This document shows, piece by piece, positions 26,921 through 27,678 of a stretch of 27,678 bases of DNA; positions within the stretch are counted from its first letter, which is position 1; every line of letters begins with the position of its first letter. The notes below the pieces were generated by a model, which was not told where the DNA came from, ran no database searches, and worked only from the letters and a program-made list of their open reading frames with translations. The DNA is taken from IMG/VR virus record IMGVR_UViG_2698536372_000020. One strand, given 5' to 3'. The stretch is from a virus (taxonomy: Duplodnaviria; Heunggongvirae; Uroviricota; Caudoviricetes). A program made the translations under genes and the position numbers.

Positions 26921-26943
26921 GTGGCCCTCATCGGGCCACTTTT
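26921..26943 (+). terminator. Intrinsic terminator of flxA
   Basis: Stem gtggccc / gggccac with 5-nt loop followed by TTTT, 15 nt after the flxA stop. Confidence 0.65.
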
Positions 26944-27342
26944 CGCCATCAGCCTTTTCTTTAAAGACATATTATCTTTGTATCATTTCTGATAGTTAAC
27001 ATTACAAGATATAAGTAATGGACGCACTCCCAATTAGTCTATTTAAATCGCCACGAGTTTAACTGACAACCCATGATCAATTATGAATTGCAACTATTTC
27101 TGTAGTCACTTTTGTGGGGACAGTCCACAAAACTGCCAACTTCCGCTTCTTGCTCTTAGCGGACATTAGCATAGGCTATTTACCATAACGCCTCATTACG
27201 CGCACCGCCCAGACTGACTCAGCGCGTTTCTGGCATATCCCCGGTAAAACAAGTAACAAACCACCCGAAAATGAACATCAGAAACGCGACTTAAGAATCT
27301 ACCCTATGAATGGATATGCACTCAACCGAATCGATCTTGGTT

Positions 27343-27636
27343 TCAATCTATTTTATCGGGATCAGGCTTCTTTTTAGGTAACTTCGGGGGCTTAACTTGC
27401 TGATGACTTTGCGTTCGGCGCGTAAGCCAGGGATGGTCAGCTTTAGATTTAACATAGTATTTTGAGCGTAAATCAATACGGGCATTATCCACTCGTTCAT
27501 GGACACTCTTTTCATCATCCAGTGGTATAGGCTCCGGGCCATCAACATACTTTTCCCAGCCCAGCGCTTTCCCGTCATACAGAACGTTAATTTCACCGTC
27601 AAAGTGAGGTGTACTGGCAATAGCGGACACTACCAT
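27343..27636 (-). CDS. Hypothetical 97-aa protein
   Basis: ATG-initiated ORF from the track (MVVSAIASTPHFDGEINVLYDGKALGWEKYVDGPEPIPLDDEKSVHERV...); no clear SD; an overlapping alternative-frame ORF (27348..27620) starts with TTG and is less likely. Confidence 0.3.
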   Translation of the reverse strand: MVVSAIASTPHFDGEINVLYDGKALGWEKYVDGPEPIPLDDEKSVHERVDNARIDLRSKYYVKSKADHPWLTRRTQSHQQVKPPKLPKKKPDPDKID

Positions 27637-27678
27637 TTGTTCTTTTTTTAAGCAGCCATCTGATGATATTTTTCCCTG

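Noticed and set aside
27348-27620. Alternative 90-aa minus-strand ORF overlapping the 97-aa ORF at the window end
   Set aside because: Starts with TTG and is wholly nested in another frame of the ATG-initiated ORF; the ATG frame is preferred, though neither is well supported.

Overview
This window is the late region of an intact lambdoid prophage of the E. coli Qin / phage 21 type, read almost entirely on the minus strand. Gene names below rest on my recall of phage lambda, phage 21 and E. coli K-12 Qin proteins; no database search was run. From 1 to about 16.2 kb it carries a tightly packed, lambda-collinear morphogenesis module: J (partial), I, K, L, M, tape measure H, the G/T chaperone pair, V, U, Z, an FII-like joining protein, a small DUF2190-like protein, a ClpP-like protease fused to the major capsid protein, portal, gpW-like protein, and large and small terminase. 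Many junctions are ATGA or TGATG stop/start overlaps. A cos-like region lies just upstream of the small terminase. From about 16.2 to 27.7 kb the sequence becomes visibly AT-rich and gene orientation is mixed. This part carries a moron cluster (68-aa hypothetical, DUF1398 YdfO-like, GnsB-like, CspI), a phage-21-type lysis cassette (pinholin, YdfR-like, SAR endolysin, Rz with embedded Rz1), divergent cspB/cspF, antiterminator Q with a candidate late promoter and terminator, an HNH/DUF968-like protein, Rem-like protein, the relB-relE-hokD operon with its operator, and flxA behind a sigma28-type promoter. No rRNA, tRNA, CRISPR array or transposase was seen. I cannot point to one clearly novel system. 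The best candidates for uncharacterised function are the moron island between terminase and lysis genes (about 16.2-18.4 kb, including an unlisted 55-aa ORF) and the HNH-like gene plus 92-aa ORF upstream of Q. Several small ORFs below the 60-aa track cutoff are flagged.
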